Below are positions 9,575-20,900 of a stretch of 64,000 nucleotides of DNA, piece by piece. The position numbers and the translations under genes were made by a program. This stretch comes from an uncultured cyanobacterium (lineage in GTDB: Bacteria; Cyanobacteriota; Cyanobacteriia; PCC-6307; Cyanobiaceae), in assembly GCA_963697335.1 (NCBI GenBank), contig CAVONQ010000010.1:1-64000 (forward strand). Direction: 5' to 3'. The notes beneath the pieces are model-generated. The model was not told where the DNA came from and made no database searches. It saw nothing but the letters and a program-made list of their open reading frames with translations. The stretch's first letter is position 1. Each line of letters starts with the position of its first letter.

Positions 9575-10072
9575 ATGTTTAGACTCAGAAATGTTATTAT
9601 CACCATCGTTTCAATCGCAGTACTCGGAATCGGCATCAGCGCTTTTGCTCACGGCGGAATGGGCTGGGGCGGTGGATGGGGGCATCATCGTGGCGGTATG
9701 TATTGTCAAGGTGACGAAGATAACGGGAACATGAGCCGGATGAGTCCGGAAACATACAAGCAGTTCGAGCAGAATAGAGAGGCGTTTTTCAATGAGACCC
9801 GGGATATCCGGACCAGCCTCTTTGAAAAAGAGCGTGAGCTGCAGAACGAATTGGTAAAAGATGAGCCGGATGTGGCCCAGGCATCCCGTTTACAAAAAGA
9901 AATTTCTGATCTGCAGTCCCAGTTCGATCAGAAGCGCATCGAGCATATGGTTGAAATGCGGAAGCTCAACCCGAACGCCGGCCGTGGTTATAACTCCGGT
10001 GGCCGCATGATGGGATCCGGCGGCCCCATGATGGGATATGGTTATAACGGCGGAGGCGGCAACTGCTGGTAG
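9575..10072 (+). CDS. ZraP-like periplasmic heavy-metal sensor/chaperone
   Basis: aggagg RBS, signal peptide, Gly/His/Met-rich termini, coiled-coil core (LQKEISDLQSQFDQKR). Confidence 0.8.
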   Translation: MFRLRNVIITIVSIAVLGIGISAFAHGGMGWGGGWGHHRGGMYCQGDEDNGNMSRMSPETYKQFEQNREAFFNETRDIRTSLFEKERELQNELVKDEPDVAQASRLQKEISDLQSQFDQKRIEHMVEMRKLNPNAGRGYNSGGRMMGSGGPMMGYGYNGGGGNCW

Positions 10073-10104
10073 CAATCCTGATAAACATTGAAACATTATT
10101 TGCG

Positions 10105-10133
10105 ACAGGGCGGTCATCCAATGATCGCCCTGT
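10105..10133 (+). terminator. Stem-loop after the ZraP-like gene
   Basis: acagggcggtcat-cca-atgatcgccctgt inverted repeat. Confidence 0.5.
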
Positions 10134-10178
10134 TGAAATTTGGTTGCATGAAATGGCTTTTCGACAAAGGAGTTTATC

Positions 10179-10370
10179 ATGAAAAATACACACAATGATT
10201 TATGGATCGAAGGCGGAAATAACAGAAGCAGTTTCTGAAACTGGCCGGTTATGGAACCCTTGGCCTGATGACAGGTGGTGTCTGGCCGCTGTTAGGTCAA
10301 TCAGCGGCAGAACAACCTGGAGCACGAAGACATGGGCATGATGCGCAATTACTATGTCAGAGGTGTATAA
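10179..10370 (+). pseudogene. Multicopper oxidase (CueO/CopA type) remnant: TAT leader fused to the extreme C-terminus
   Basis: RBS + ATG, frameshifted NR(x)QFLKLAGYGTLGL TAT leader, then in another frame NLEHEDMGMMRNYYVRGV-stop (end of the HCHxLEHEDxGMM copper motif). Confidence 0.75.
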
Positions 10371-10445
10371 AACGCCAACTCTGAAAACAGTGTGACCGGT
10401 AATGTTAGCGGCAGAAAAATGCCATAGGCGTAATCGCCGGGAAAA

Positions 10446-11018
10446 TCACGCCATATAGGTCGTTTTATCCGTAAAACTCTTCCTGGGTGTGGGAGCAGGA
10501 TCCCCAGCAGCCCTGCCGAGGCATACCAGTGCCAGGGGGATCTTGTCTGAGGCCAGATGGAGAAGTTTCTGAAGTTTGTCTCTGTCGAACAGGGTAAACC
10601 AGACCGATCCGATACCCAGGGCATGTGCGGTCAGCAGCATGTTTTGTACGGCAGCCGCACAGGCGTGTTCGTAGGCTCTGGCTCCTCCCTCCATAAACTG
10701 ATCGACACCCGACTTTTTGGGATCCCCGGTGACCGCAATGATGACGGGGGCCGACAGCAGAAATTCAACGCTGTACTTTCCCAACCATCCCCAAGCACTT
10801 TTTTGAACACCCTGTTCCCGGCTTCTTTCCGCTTCCGCGAAAATGTTATTCTTCACTTCGCTGTTGGAAATGACCACAAAGCTCCAGGGCTGGGCATTCA
10901 GGGGGGAGGGCGCCCAGGTGGCCGCATCCAGAATTTTCTCCAGGTGTTCCTTCTCGATGGGTTTGTCTGAAAAGCTTCTGCAGCTCCTTCTCTCTTTTAT
11001 GGCGGTCATGATGTCCAT
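10446..11018 (-). CDS. Nitroreductase family protein
   Basis: IKERRSCRSF, WAPSPLNAQPWSFVV, AVQNMLLTAHALGIGSVW. Confidence 0.9.
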   Translation of the reverse strand: MDIMTAIKERRSCRSFSDKPIEKEHLEKILDAATWAPSPLNAQPWSFVVISNSEVKNNIFAEAERSREQGVQKSAWGWLGKYSVEFLLSAPVIIAVTGDPKKSGVDQFMEGGARAYEHACAAAVQNMLLTAHALGIGSVWFTLFDRDKLQKLLHLASDKIPLALVCLGRAAGDPAPTPRKSFTDKTTYMA

Positions 11019-11060
11019 GGTGATTCCTTTCTTTAAATCCGAAGCACGAAATTCGAAATC

Positions 11061-12045
<985 letters not shown>

Positions 12046-12065
12046 CGGGATAGTACCGCAGCGAT

Positions 12066-15000
12066 CCCAACCTGCTCTCGGCCACCTCCACCCTGGAGAT
12101 GGGCATCAACATCGGTGATCTCTCCACCGTGCTGCTGGCCTCGGTGCCACCGGAGCCCGCCAACTACCTCCAGCGCATCGGCCGCGCCGGCCGCCGCGAT
12201 GGCAATGCCGTGGTCGGCACCATCGTCACCGGCACCGCCCACGACCTCTATTTCTTCTCCGATCCCCGCGAGATGCTGCAGGGGCTGGTGAGCCCACCCG
12301 GCTGCTATCTCGACGCCGCCGCGATCCTCAAACGCCAGCTGCTGGCCTACACGATCGATCGCTGGGTGCAGAGCGGCATCACCGCGGAGGCGCTTCCGCG
12401 CAAGCTCAAGCCCGTGCTCGATGCCGTGGAGCAGGCCGGCAAGGAAGCCATCATCCCCGAGCGCTTCCCTTACACCTGGTTGCGCTGGTGCCATGCCGAG
12501 CAGTCGGCCCTGCTCGATCGCTTCCTGGGGCTCTTCGATGAACAGCTGCAGGAGCCCAGCCGTCAGGAGCTGCGGGCCTACTTCCTCAGCTCCCCCGATG
12601 CCGGCGAGTCGGGTGCCTTCACGGCGCCTTTTGCCAGAGGCCTGATCGTGCGGCTCGAGGAGCTGATCGCGGAGCGCAAGCGCCTGCGCAACGAGGCCAC
12701 CAAACTGCGCGAGCGCTTCAACAAGCTCGCCGCCATCCCGGAGACCTCTCTGCTGGAGCAGCAGCGGGACGACAAAGACTCGATCCGGCGCGAGCAGATC
12801 GCCTACAACCAGCTGCGCAAGGACCTCGATGGCCGCCCCCTGCTGGCCATGCTCACCGACGAGGGCTTCCTGCCCAACTACGCCTTCCCGGAAGCCGGCG
12901 TCACGCTCAAGTCGGTGCTCTGGCGCCGCCTGCCCGCCCGCGGCGGTGGTGCCCGCCGCACCGAGGAGCTGCCGACCCTCAGCTACGAGCGGCCGGCCAA
13001 CGTGGCCATCCGTGAGCTCGGTGCCCGACGGCCAGTTCTATGCCCAGGGCCGGCGGGTGAAGGTGGATCAGATCGATCCCAACCTCAACAAACCGGAGCG
13101 CTGGCGGTTCTGCCCCTCCTGCTCCTACGCCTGCCGCGAAACCGACGATGACTACAACCGCAAGGAGTGCCCCCGTTGCGGCCACAGCGGCTACGCCGAC
13201 CATGGTCAGGTCAAGGAGATGGCCCGCCTGCGCCAGGTGCAGGCCACCACGGAAGACGCCCGCAGCCGCTTCGGGGATGACACCGACGAGCGCAATCCAC
13301 TCTTCTTCCACCGCGAACTGCTGATCCTTCCCGATCTGGCCCGCCGCGAGATCTCCCTGGCTGTCGACGACGAGGAGTTCCCCTTCGGCGCCGAATACCT
13401 GGCCAGCACCACCTTCCGCGAGATCAACTTCGGGGAGCTCACACCCATCGGAACCACCCACACCATCGCCGGCAAACCCCTGCGGGTGAGGGGCTTCGAG
13501 CTCTGCCGCAGTTGCGGCAAGGTGCAACGCGGCCCCGCCAGGGCCTCCAACCACACCTGGGCCTGCACCTTCCGCGACAGGCCCGACAACGCCCAGCTCC
13601 GCAATCTCCTGTTCATGTACCGGGAGTTCAGCTCAGAGGCCCTGCGCTTCCTCCTGCCCGGTGCCAGCTTCTGGGATGAGGAGGGCCAGCCCTCTTTCGT
13701 GGGTGCGCTTCATCTGGGCCTGCGCCATCGCTTCGGCGGCAAGGTGGATCACCTGCGCTCCGCCCTCGGAGAAGAACCCCAGCCCGGCAGCCAGCAGCGC
13801 AAAACCTTTCTCTATCTCTTTGATTCCGTCCCTGGCGGCACGGGCTATGTGCGCCAGTTGATGGAGCAGGGCGGCAAGGATCTGCGCGAGGTGTTCCAGG
13901 GCTCGCTCGCGGCTCTGCAGGCCTGCCCCTGCAGCGACGGCTGCTACCGCTGCATCTTCATGTACCGCCAGCGCTTTGATCGCGAGCGCACCAGCAAACG
14001 CCGTGCCATCGAGCAGCTGCAGGCGATCCTGCGTCGCTGGGACGACCTGCAGGCCACCGACCGCAGCCTTTCGGAGATCACGATCAACAGCCGGGCCGAG
14101 AGCGAACTGGAGCTGCGCTTCCTCGAGGCCCTGCGCACCGGCAAGGGTGCCCCTGATGGCGTGCCGGTGGTGCTCAAGCAGGACGTGATCCATGGCCGCA
14201 TCGGCTATCTCCTCAAGATCGGCAGCGGGCCAGCGGCCACCACCTGGAAGGTGGAGCAGCAGGTGCCCCTGGGTGAGGGCGAAGGCGTAGCGGAGTTCTC
14301 CCGCGCCGACTTCCTGCTCACCCCCACCGCTGGCGGCAAGCCGATCGCCATCTACACCGACGGCTGGGAGTTCCACCGATGCCGCCTCGCCGATGACGCT
14401 CGCCAGCGCATGGCCCTGCAGCGCAGCGGCCGTTACTTGATCTGGTCGCTCAGCTGGAACGATGTGGTGGAAAAACTGCCCAGCGCCCAGTCCCCGCTCG
14501 AACCCAATGGCTTGGCAGTGGGCGTGCTGCCGGCCTTCGCCACCAAGCCGGAGACGTTCACCGATCGCTGGTGGCCCGAGGCGCTGCTCCAGAGCCTTCC
14601 TCAGCCGCCCCTGCTGATGCCCCGCGAGGTGCAGGGAGCCAACAGCCTGCAGCTGCTGATGGCCTACCTGACCAACCCATCGGAGCGCCTGTGGCAGGGG
14701 CTGGCACAGCTGTTCTGCCTGGCCCAGGGCAGTGCTGCCGCCCTCGATTCCCCTGAGATCCAGCAGGCCATCGCCGATCAGGCGTTAGCCGATCACGTGG
14801 ACGAGTGGCAGGGCACCGAGCCTGGTCGTCGGCTGGGCCAGTTCCTGGCCATTGCCCCAGGCCTGAGTGCACTGAACCTGCTGGATCAGGCGCGCCATGG
14901 CAGCCGGCACCCTGCCGCCAGCTTCCGCACCATCCACTTCGATCCCGAACCCGCCAGCTCGGACCAGCAGCAGCAGTCCGCCTGGCAGGAGTGGCTGCGT

Positions 15001-15483
15001 CAGGGCAACCTCTTCCAGTTCCTGCCCCATTTCCTCCTGTCCACCCCTGGCTGGTCCGGAGCGGAACAAACCGCCGCCGTGGATCCCTCCACCGTGTGGG
15101 TGGCTGGACTGGCGGGAGCAAACGGCGGGGGAGCATCCACCGCGAGCAATCCACGAGCTGCAGCGCCAGTGGCAAGAAGCGCTCGATCTGGCGGACTCAG
15201 CTGCAATGCCCGTGCTCGAGGCATTGCGTGACCTTCTCCTGCAGGGGCAGATCCCCTTCCCGGATCTCGGCTACGAGCTGGAGGGAGCCAGAGGAGACGT
15301 TGCTGGCCGATGGCCGATCTGGCCTGGCCCCAACAGCGCCTGGCCTTGGTGCTGGAGTCAGGCGATCAACCAGATTTTGAGGCCGCTGGCTGGCAATGCT
15401 GGCTGGCTGAGGACCCACCCGATGAGACGGCCAGCGCTTTGATCGAACGCCTTCAGACCTGCCCCGTCCCCCTCCCCCGATGA
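12066..15483 (+). CDS. Large DEAD/DEAH-box (SF2) helicase with DUF1998 domain and nuclease-like C-terminal region; 5' end missing, frameshifts near 13020, 15140 and 15305
   Basis: ATSTLEMGINIG, NYLQRIGRAGR, FLPNYAFPE, LFDSVPGGTGY...CPCSDGCYRC, RADFLL..IYTDGWEFH; the stitched frame ends at TGA 15481-15483, overlapping the next ATG. Confidence 0.8.
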
Positions 15484-17681
15484 GCGAATCCCGCATCACC
15501 GTTGCCCTCTCCACCGGCTTCCTCAAGGCCCTCAACCAGTTGCCGGAGAAGGCTCGCGGCAAGGTGGCGGCGTTCATCTCCAAGTTCCGCGACAATCCGC
15601 GCAGCCCTGGCCTCAACTACGAGCGCATCGAAGGCGGCAAGGATCCGCTGATCCGCTCGATCCGGGTCGATCAGGACATCCGCTGCATCCTGCGGGCGCC
15701 CGAGCAGGGAGACACCTACGTGCTGCTCTGGATCGACAAACACGACGACGCCTACAACTGGGCGCGGCGCAAGACCTGCCATGTGAACCGGGTCTCCGGT
15801 GCCCTGCAGATCGTCGATGTGGAGGCGGCCGAAACTGCCGTGGAGGAGGCGAGCGCATCGATCCGGCAGCGAAGCGGCTGGCCACAGCGCCCACCGTCAC
15901 CGCCCATCCCGGAGAGCGGCACCCGCCGCACGATCCGGCTTCGCTGTTCGCCCACTGCGACGATGACCAGCTCATGCTGCTCGGCGTTCCCGAGGCACTG
16001 CTGCCGGCCGTTCGTGCAGTCCAGAGCGAAGAGGCCCTGGCGCGGCTGATCGAGTGGGTGCCCCAGGATTGCGTCGATGGCCTGATCCTGCTGGCCGAGG
16101 GAAAGCCGATCGAGGCGGTGATCGAGGAGCTGGAGCGCCAGCGGCCCGCCCACATCGATCCCGAGGATGTGGCCACGGCGTTGGCCACACCCGAGAGCCA
16201 GGCGGAGTTTCTCGTCATCACCGACGACGACGAGCTGGAGGCCATGCTCTCGGCGCCGCTGGAGCAGTGGCGGGTGTTCCTGCATCCCAGCCAGCGACGA
16301 CTGGTGAATCGCGACTGGAACGGCCCGGTGAGGGTTCTGGGCGGCGCCGGCACAGGCAAGACGGTGGTGGCCATGCATCGCGCCCGCTGGCTGGCCAATC
16401 GCTTGCTCGCCTCTGGTGCCCCGGGCCAGGTGCTGTTCACCACGTTCACCCGCAACCTCGCCACCGACATCCGCAGCAACCTCGCCAAGATCTGCAGCCC
16501 GGAGGAGCTCCGGCGCATCGAGGTCATCCACCTCGATGGCTGGGTGATGACCTTCCTCAAGAATCAGGGTCTGCAGGTGCGGGTCTTCAACGACGAAGCC
16601 CGTGATGCCTGCTGGAGCCTCGCCATGGATGTGGCCGACCCTGCCCTGGGCCTGGAGGAGCGCTTCTACCGGGAGGAGTGGAAAGACGTGGTGCTGGCCA
16701 ATGGCTGCCGCACCCGTGACGACTACCTGGCGGCCCGGAGGATCGGCCGCGGCACCCGGCTGAGCAAGCAGCAGCGGGCTCAGATCTGGCCGGTGTTCGA
16801 TGCCCTGCGCGCTGAGTTCCGCCAGCGCGGGCTCTGGGAACCAGAAGAGGCCAAAACCGCAGCGGCGGATCTGCTGCGCAATGCCGACCAGGGCGGCCGC
16901 TACGTGGCGGTGGTGGTGGATGAGGCCCAGGACCTCGATGTCGCCTCGTTCTCGCTGATCCGGGTCCTGGCCGGCGAGCCCCATGCCAACGATCTCTTCA
17001 TCGTGGGCGATCCCCACCAGCGCATCTACGGCAAGCCGATCGTGCTCAGCCGCTGCGGCATCGATGTGCGCGGCCGCTCCCGCAAGCTGCGCATCAACTA
17101 CCGCACCACCGAGGAGACCCGCGCCTGGGCCACTGCTGTGCTTGGAGGGGGTCGACTTCGACGACCTTGATGGCGGCAACGACCCCAGCAGCGATTACCG
17201 CTCGCTGCTCCACGGCGAGAAGCCCGTGCTGCGGGGCTTCGAGGACCTGCTGACGAACAGCGCTTCCTACAGGACGCTCTCACCCAGCTCCGCGCGAGCC
17301 GATGGCAACCTTGCCTCCACCTGCGTGACCCTGCGGACCAAATCGGCCCGCGACCGGCTCGCCCAGGCCCTGGAAAAGGCGGGGTTCTCCGTTCGGCTGA
17401 TTGAGGCCAATGAAGCCGACGACCCCAGCGATCCTGCCCTGCGCGTGGCCACGATGCATCGCGTCAAAGGGCTGGAGTTCGATCAGGTCTTCATCCCCGA
17501 GCTCACAGCCGACCAGATGCCCTACCGCTTGGAATTGAACCGGCGGCCGGATCTGGTCTCGCGTGAGCTGTTCGAGCAGCAAGAGCGATCGCTTTTGCAT
17601 GTCGCGGCCACCCGAGCAAAGAAGAGGGTGGTCGTGACCTACAGCGGCAAGCCATCGTCATTTCTGACGCCAGGAGGCTGA
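15480..17681 (+). CDS. UvrD-like SF1 helicase with N-terminal RelE-like domain; frameshifts near 15900, 17150 and 17270
   Basis: KFRDNPRSPGLNYERI...SIRVDQDIR N-terminus; GGAGTGKT, VVDEAQD, VGDPHQRIY, INYRTT, TMHRVKGLEF, VAATRAK. Confidence 0.82.
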
Positions 17682-17734
17682 GCTAAGGGCCGGAGAACAC
17701 AGCATTCAGGCGGGAAGTGTTTTGACTTCTCCCC

Positions 17735-18646
17735 CTAGCTGCCCTGACACCCAGGGAAGATCAAATCCGCCGCCTGCCGCGCATCACTCAGCACCTGAAA
17801 GAGCACGCTGGGCGATTCCTTCAGCAGCTCGATCCAGTGGCCGAGATAGGCAGCGTGGCTCTCGATCTGGCAGCCGATCTCCAGCCGCTGGCCGAGTAGC
17901 ACGGCGCCGAGCTCGGCGACCAGCTCCTCGCGGGCGTAGAGGGGGCAGCCCATGCGGCCACCAAGATCCCGGTTGAGCCGGGACTCGTGGCCCGTGGAGT
18001 GGATGGCTTCGTGGGCCCAGGTGGCATAGAGCGCTGCGCTGGAGTGGAAGGCGGCGCGATCAGGCAGCTGGATGCGATCGATGGCCGGGGCATAGAAGGC
18101 GCGATCGCCGCCATGGCCGACGGGCACGCCCCAGGCGGAGAGGCTGGCTTCTGCCCTGGCGAGCCGCTCGGGCTCTGGCCGCACCTGGGGCGATTCGCTG
18201 GCCTGGCGGCTGGCGATCAGGCCATCGAGGGCCTCGCCCTGCAGATCGGCGGCATTGAAGATCGCCACGGGGCGGAAGCTGGCCCAGCTGCGGAGCACCT
18301 TCTCGCCGCCTTCTGCTTCCTCCTCGCGGGAGTGCAGCTGGGGCCTCAGGATGCGGACGGCCTTGGAGCCCTTCTTGGGCACGATGCCGAGCTTCTTGGC
18401 CTCGCCGAAGCCGCACCAGAAGGGCAGTGCTGAGCCACGAAGGTGCATGCCCAGGGTGAGCAGGATGGGATTGGCGCCGCTGTAGCGCTGGCCGGAGAGC
18501 AGATTGACGTGATGGCCGCCGCCTGTGGCATCCCAGGGCCGGCGCCAGGGGTTGGCGCCCCGCTCCATCAGGGCGATGAGATCGGCGACCATTGCCTCCT
18601 GGGGAGAGGGACCGGAGTGGGCGCGGCGTGAACGGGAGCTGGCCAT
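17735..18646 (-). CDS. ardC: ArdC-like antirestriction protein (DUF1738 ssDNA-binding + zincin-like domain), copy 1
   Basis: PWRRPW, YSGANPILL, AFYAPAIDRIQLP, HEAIHSTGHESRLNR, YAREELVAELG, HAAYLGHW. Confidence 0.88.
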   Translation of the reverse strand: MASSRSRRAHSGPSPQEAMVADLIALMERGANPWRRPWDATGGGHHVNLLSGQRYSGANPILLTLGMHLRGSALPFWCGFGEAKKLGIVPKKGSKAVRILRPQLHSREEEAEGGEKVLRSWASFRPVAIFNAADLQGEALDGLIASRQASESPQVRPEPERLARAEASLSAWGVPVGHGGDRAFYAPAIDRIQLPDRAAFHSSAALYATWAHEAIHSTGHESRLNRDLGGRMGCPLYAREELVAELGAVLLGQRLEIGCQIESHAAYLGHWIELLKESPSVLFQVLSDARQAADLIFPGCQGS

Positions 18647-19618
18647 GGCAGGCGGAGCGTGGGCCGACCATGAGGCATCCCTCGCGACGGTTTTCAGCTC
18701 TCGTGAGCCTTAGGAGCTTGCTGAAAAACCCGGCCATCTCTGCGAAAATGGGCCAACTGCCCAGTCCAGATGCGAGGTCACCGGGAGCGCAGCGGCTCCC
18801 TGTTCTCCTACGTGTCGATTGAGGAGCGGATCCCGACCAGTCATCCGCTGCGGCGGATTCGGAAACTGGCGGATCAGGCTCTCGATCGACTCAATCCCAC
18901 CTTCTGTGAGCTCTACGCCGCAGAGGGCCGGCCCTCGGTGCCGCCAGAGCAGCTGCTGCTGGCCTCGTTGCTGCAGGCGTTCTACGGGATCCGCTCGGAG
19001 CGGCTGCTGCTCGAGCAGCTCCACTACAACCTGCTGTTCCGCTGGTTTGTGGGGCTGAGCCCGGATGATCCGATCTGGCACCCCACCACGTTCACCAAGA
19101 ACAGGGAGCGGCTGCTCAATGACGAGGTCATGGGGCGCTTCCTGGAGAAGCTGATGGGTGCTCCGGAGGTCAAGCCGCTGCTCAGTGACGAGCACTTCTC
19201 AGTCGATGGCACCTTGCTGCAGGCCTGGGCCTCCCATGCCTCGCTGGAGCGGATCGATGGGCAGGACGATCCACCGCCGCCGCCGTCAGGCCCTGGCGAG
19301 GGCTTTGGCGCTCCAAAGCCCGGCAAGAAACGGGCCAAGGGTGATTTCCGCGGCATCAAGCTCAGCAACAAGACCCATCGCTCCGGCGTCGATCCCGACG
19401 CGCTGCTGTGCCGTAAATCCAAGGCCCATCCGGCGCTACCCAGCTACCGGGGGCACGTGCTCATGGACAACCGCCATGCCCTGATCGTCGATTGCAGCGT
19501 GACGCAGGCGACGGGCACTGGGGAGCGGGATGCCGCGAAAGCGATGGCGGCGTCGTCCCGGTGCCCACCAGAAGACGATCGGTGCCGACAAGAACTACGA
19601 CTGTGATGATCCTGGCAA

Positions 19619-19775
19619 CCCCATCATCAGCAGATCTGACCCGAACTACGACCGGCCTGGTCAGCTCAGTGCCTTTCTTAGTGATCTGTCGATCTGCATT
19701 GATGGGGCCGATCAACAGGGAAGGTTCGTGACCTGATACGAGCCTGGTCGAGAGGCCCCATCACAGTCCTGTCCG
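19619..19775 (+). ncRNA. Predicted IS110 bridge RNA (target-binding and donor-binding loops)
   Basis: gaactacgac 19643-19652 = target left flank 19592-19601; atacgagc 19736-19743 = element end 21043-21050; catcacagtc 19759-19768 = reverse complement of left junction 19599-19608; enclosing stems present. Confidence 0.75.
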
Positions 19776-19817
19776 TCTTCCCCGCTGATCGCTCCTCCCC
19801 ACCACCATCTGGCAGCG

Positions 19818-20900
19818 ATGGCTCCACCAACCTTGACACAGTCCGACTCTCTGCGGACTCCTGATGTCGTGATCGGCGTTGACACCCACAAGGACATCCA
19901 TGTGGCTGTGGCCCTGGCCCCCAATGGCGGCAGGCTCGGCGATTGCCGGATTCCCACAACCCGCAAGGGCTATGACGAGCTGATCACCTGGTCGGAGCAT
20001 TTCGGCTACGCACCGGTCTTTGCCGTCGAGGGCACCGGTTCGTTCGGAGCCGGGCTGTGCCGCGAGCTTGTCGATGCTGGCTACGAGGTCGTCGAGGTGA
20101 ACCGCCCCGATCGCTCCACCAGACGCCGCCTCGGCAAGGACGACGCCATCGACGCCGAGGCCGCTGCCCGAGCGTGGATCGCTGGCACGGCGACGGTGAC
20201 GCCCAAGGCAGGCTCCGAGAGGGTGGAGATGATCCGGATGCTCAAGTGCGCCAAGGATTCGGCCACCGACAGCCGCACCCGGGCGATCAACCAGATCAAG
20301 GCGATCCTGGTGACCGCTCCGGCTGCACTGCGTGAGCGGCTGGAGCATCTGCACCGCGGCGCCCTGATCCGGGCCTGCGCGGCCCTGAGGCCCGGCCTGC
20401 TGGATGCCCCAGTGGCGGCGGCCAAACGGGCACTGCGCAGCCTGGCTCGCCGTGTTCAGGCCCTGGAAGCGGAAATCGCCGAGTTGCGGGACGACCTCGA
20501 TCAGCTCACCCAGGCTGTTTGCCCTGCCCTGCGCCAGACCTTTGGCGTGGGAGTCGACAACGCCGCCACCCTGCTCACTGCGGCTGGCGACAACCCGGAG
20601 CGCCTGCGCAGCGATGCTGGTTTCGCGGCGCTCTGCGGCGTCAATCCCCTGCCGGCAAGCTCAGGCAAGACCAACCGCCATCGCCTGAATCGGGGAGGGA
20701 ACCGCCAGGCCAACGCGGCCCTGCACCGCATCGCCGTGGTGCGGCTGCGATGGGATGAGCAGACCCAGTCCTACGCCGAGCGCCGAACAGAGCAGGGGCT
20801 CTCGAAACCGGAGATCCTGCGCTGCCTCAAGCGTTTCATTGCCCGCGAGGTGTTCCGAATCCTCATGGGCGGTCCAGCTGTGCGGCTGAAGAAGGTGTGA
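19818..20900 (+). CDS. IS110 recombinase/transposase (DEDD RuvC-like + C-terminal Ser domain)
   Basis: IGVDTHKD, AVEGTG, KDDAIDAEAAA, PLPASSG, RLNRGGNRQANAAL. Confidence 0.93.
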   Translation: MAPPTLTQSDSLRTPDVVIGVDTHKDIHVAVALAPNGGRLGDCRIPTTRKGYDELITWSEHFGYAPVFAVEGTGSFGAGLCRELVDAGYEVVEVNRPDRSTRRRLGKDDAIDAEAAARAWIAGTATVTPKAGSERVEMIRMLKCAKDSATDSRTRAINQIKAILVTAPAALRERLEHLHRGALIRACAALRPGLLDAPVAAAKRALRSLARRVQALEAEIAELRDDLDQLTQAVCPALRQTFGVGVDNAATLLTAAGDNPERLRSDAGFAALCGVNPLPASSGKTNRHRLNRGGNRQANAALHRIAVVRLRWDEQTQSYAERRTEQGLSKPEILRCLKRFIAREVFRILMGGPAVRLKKV

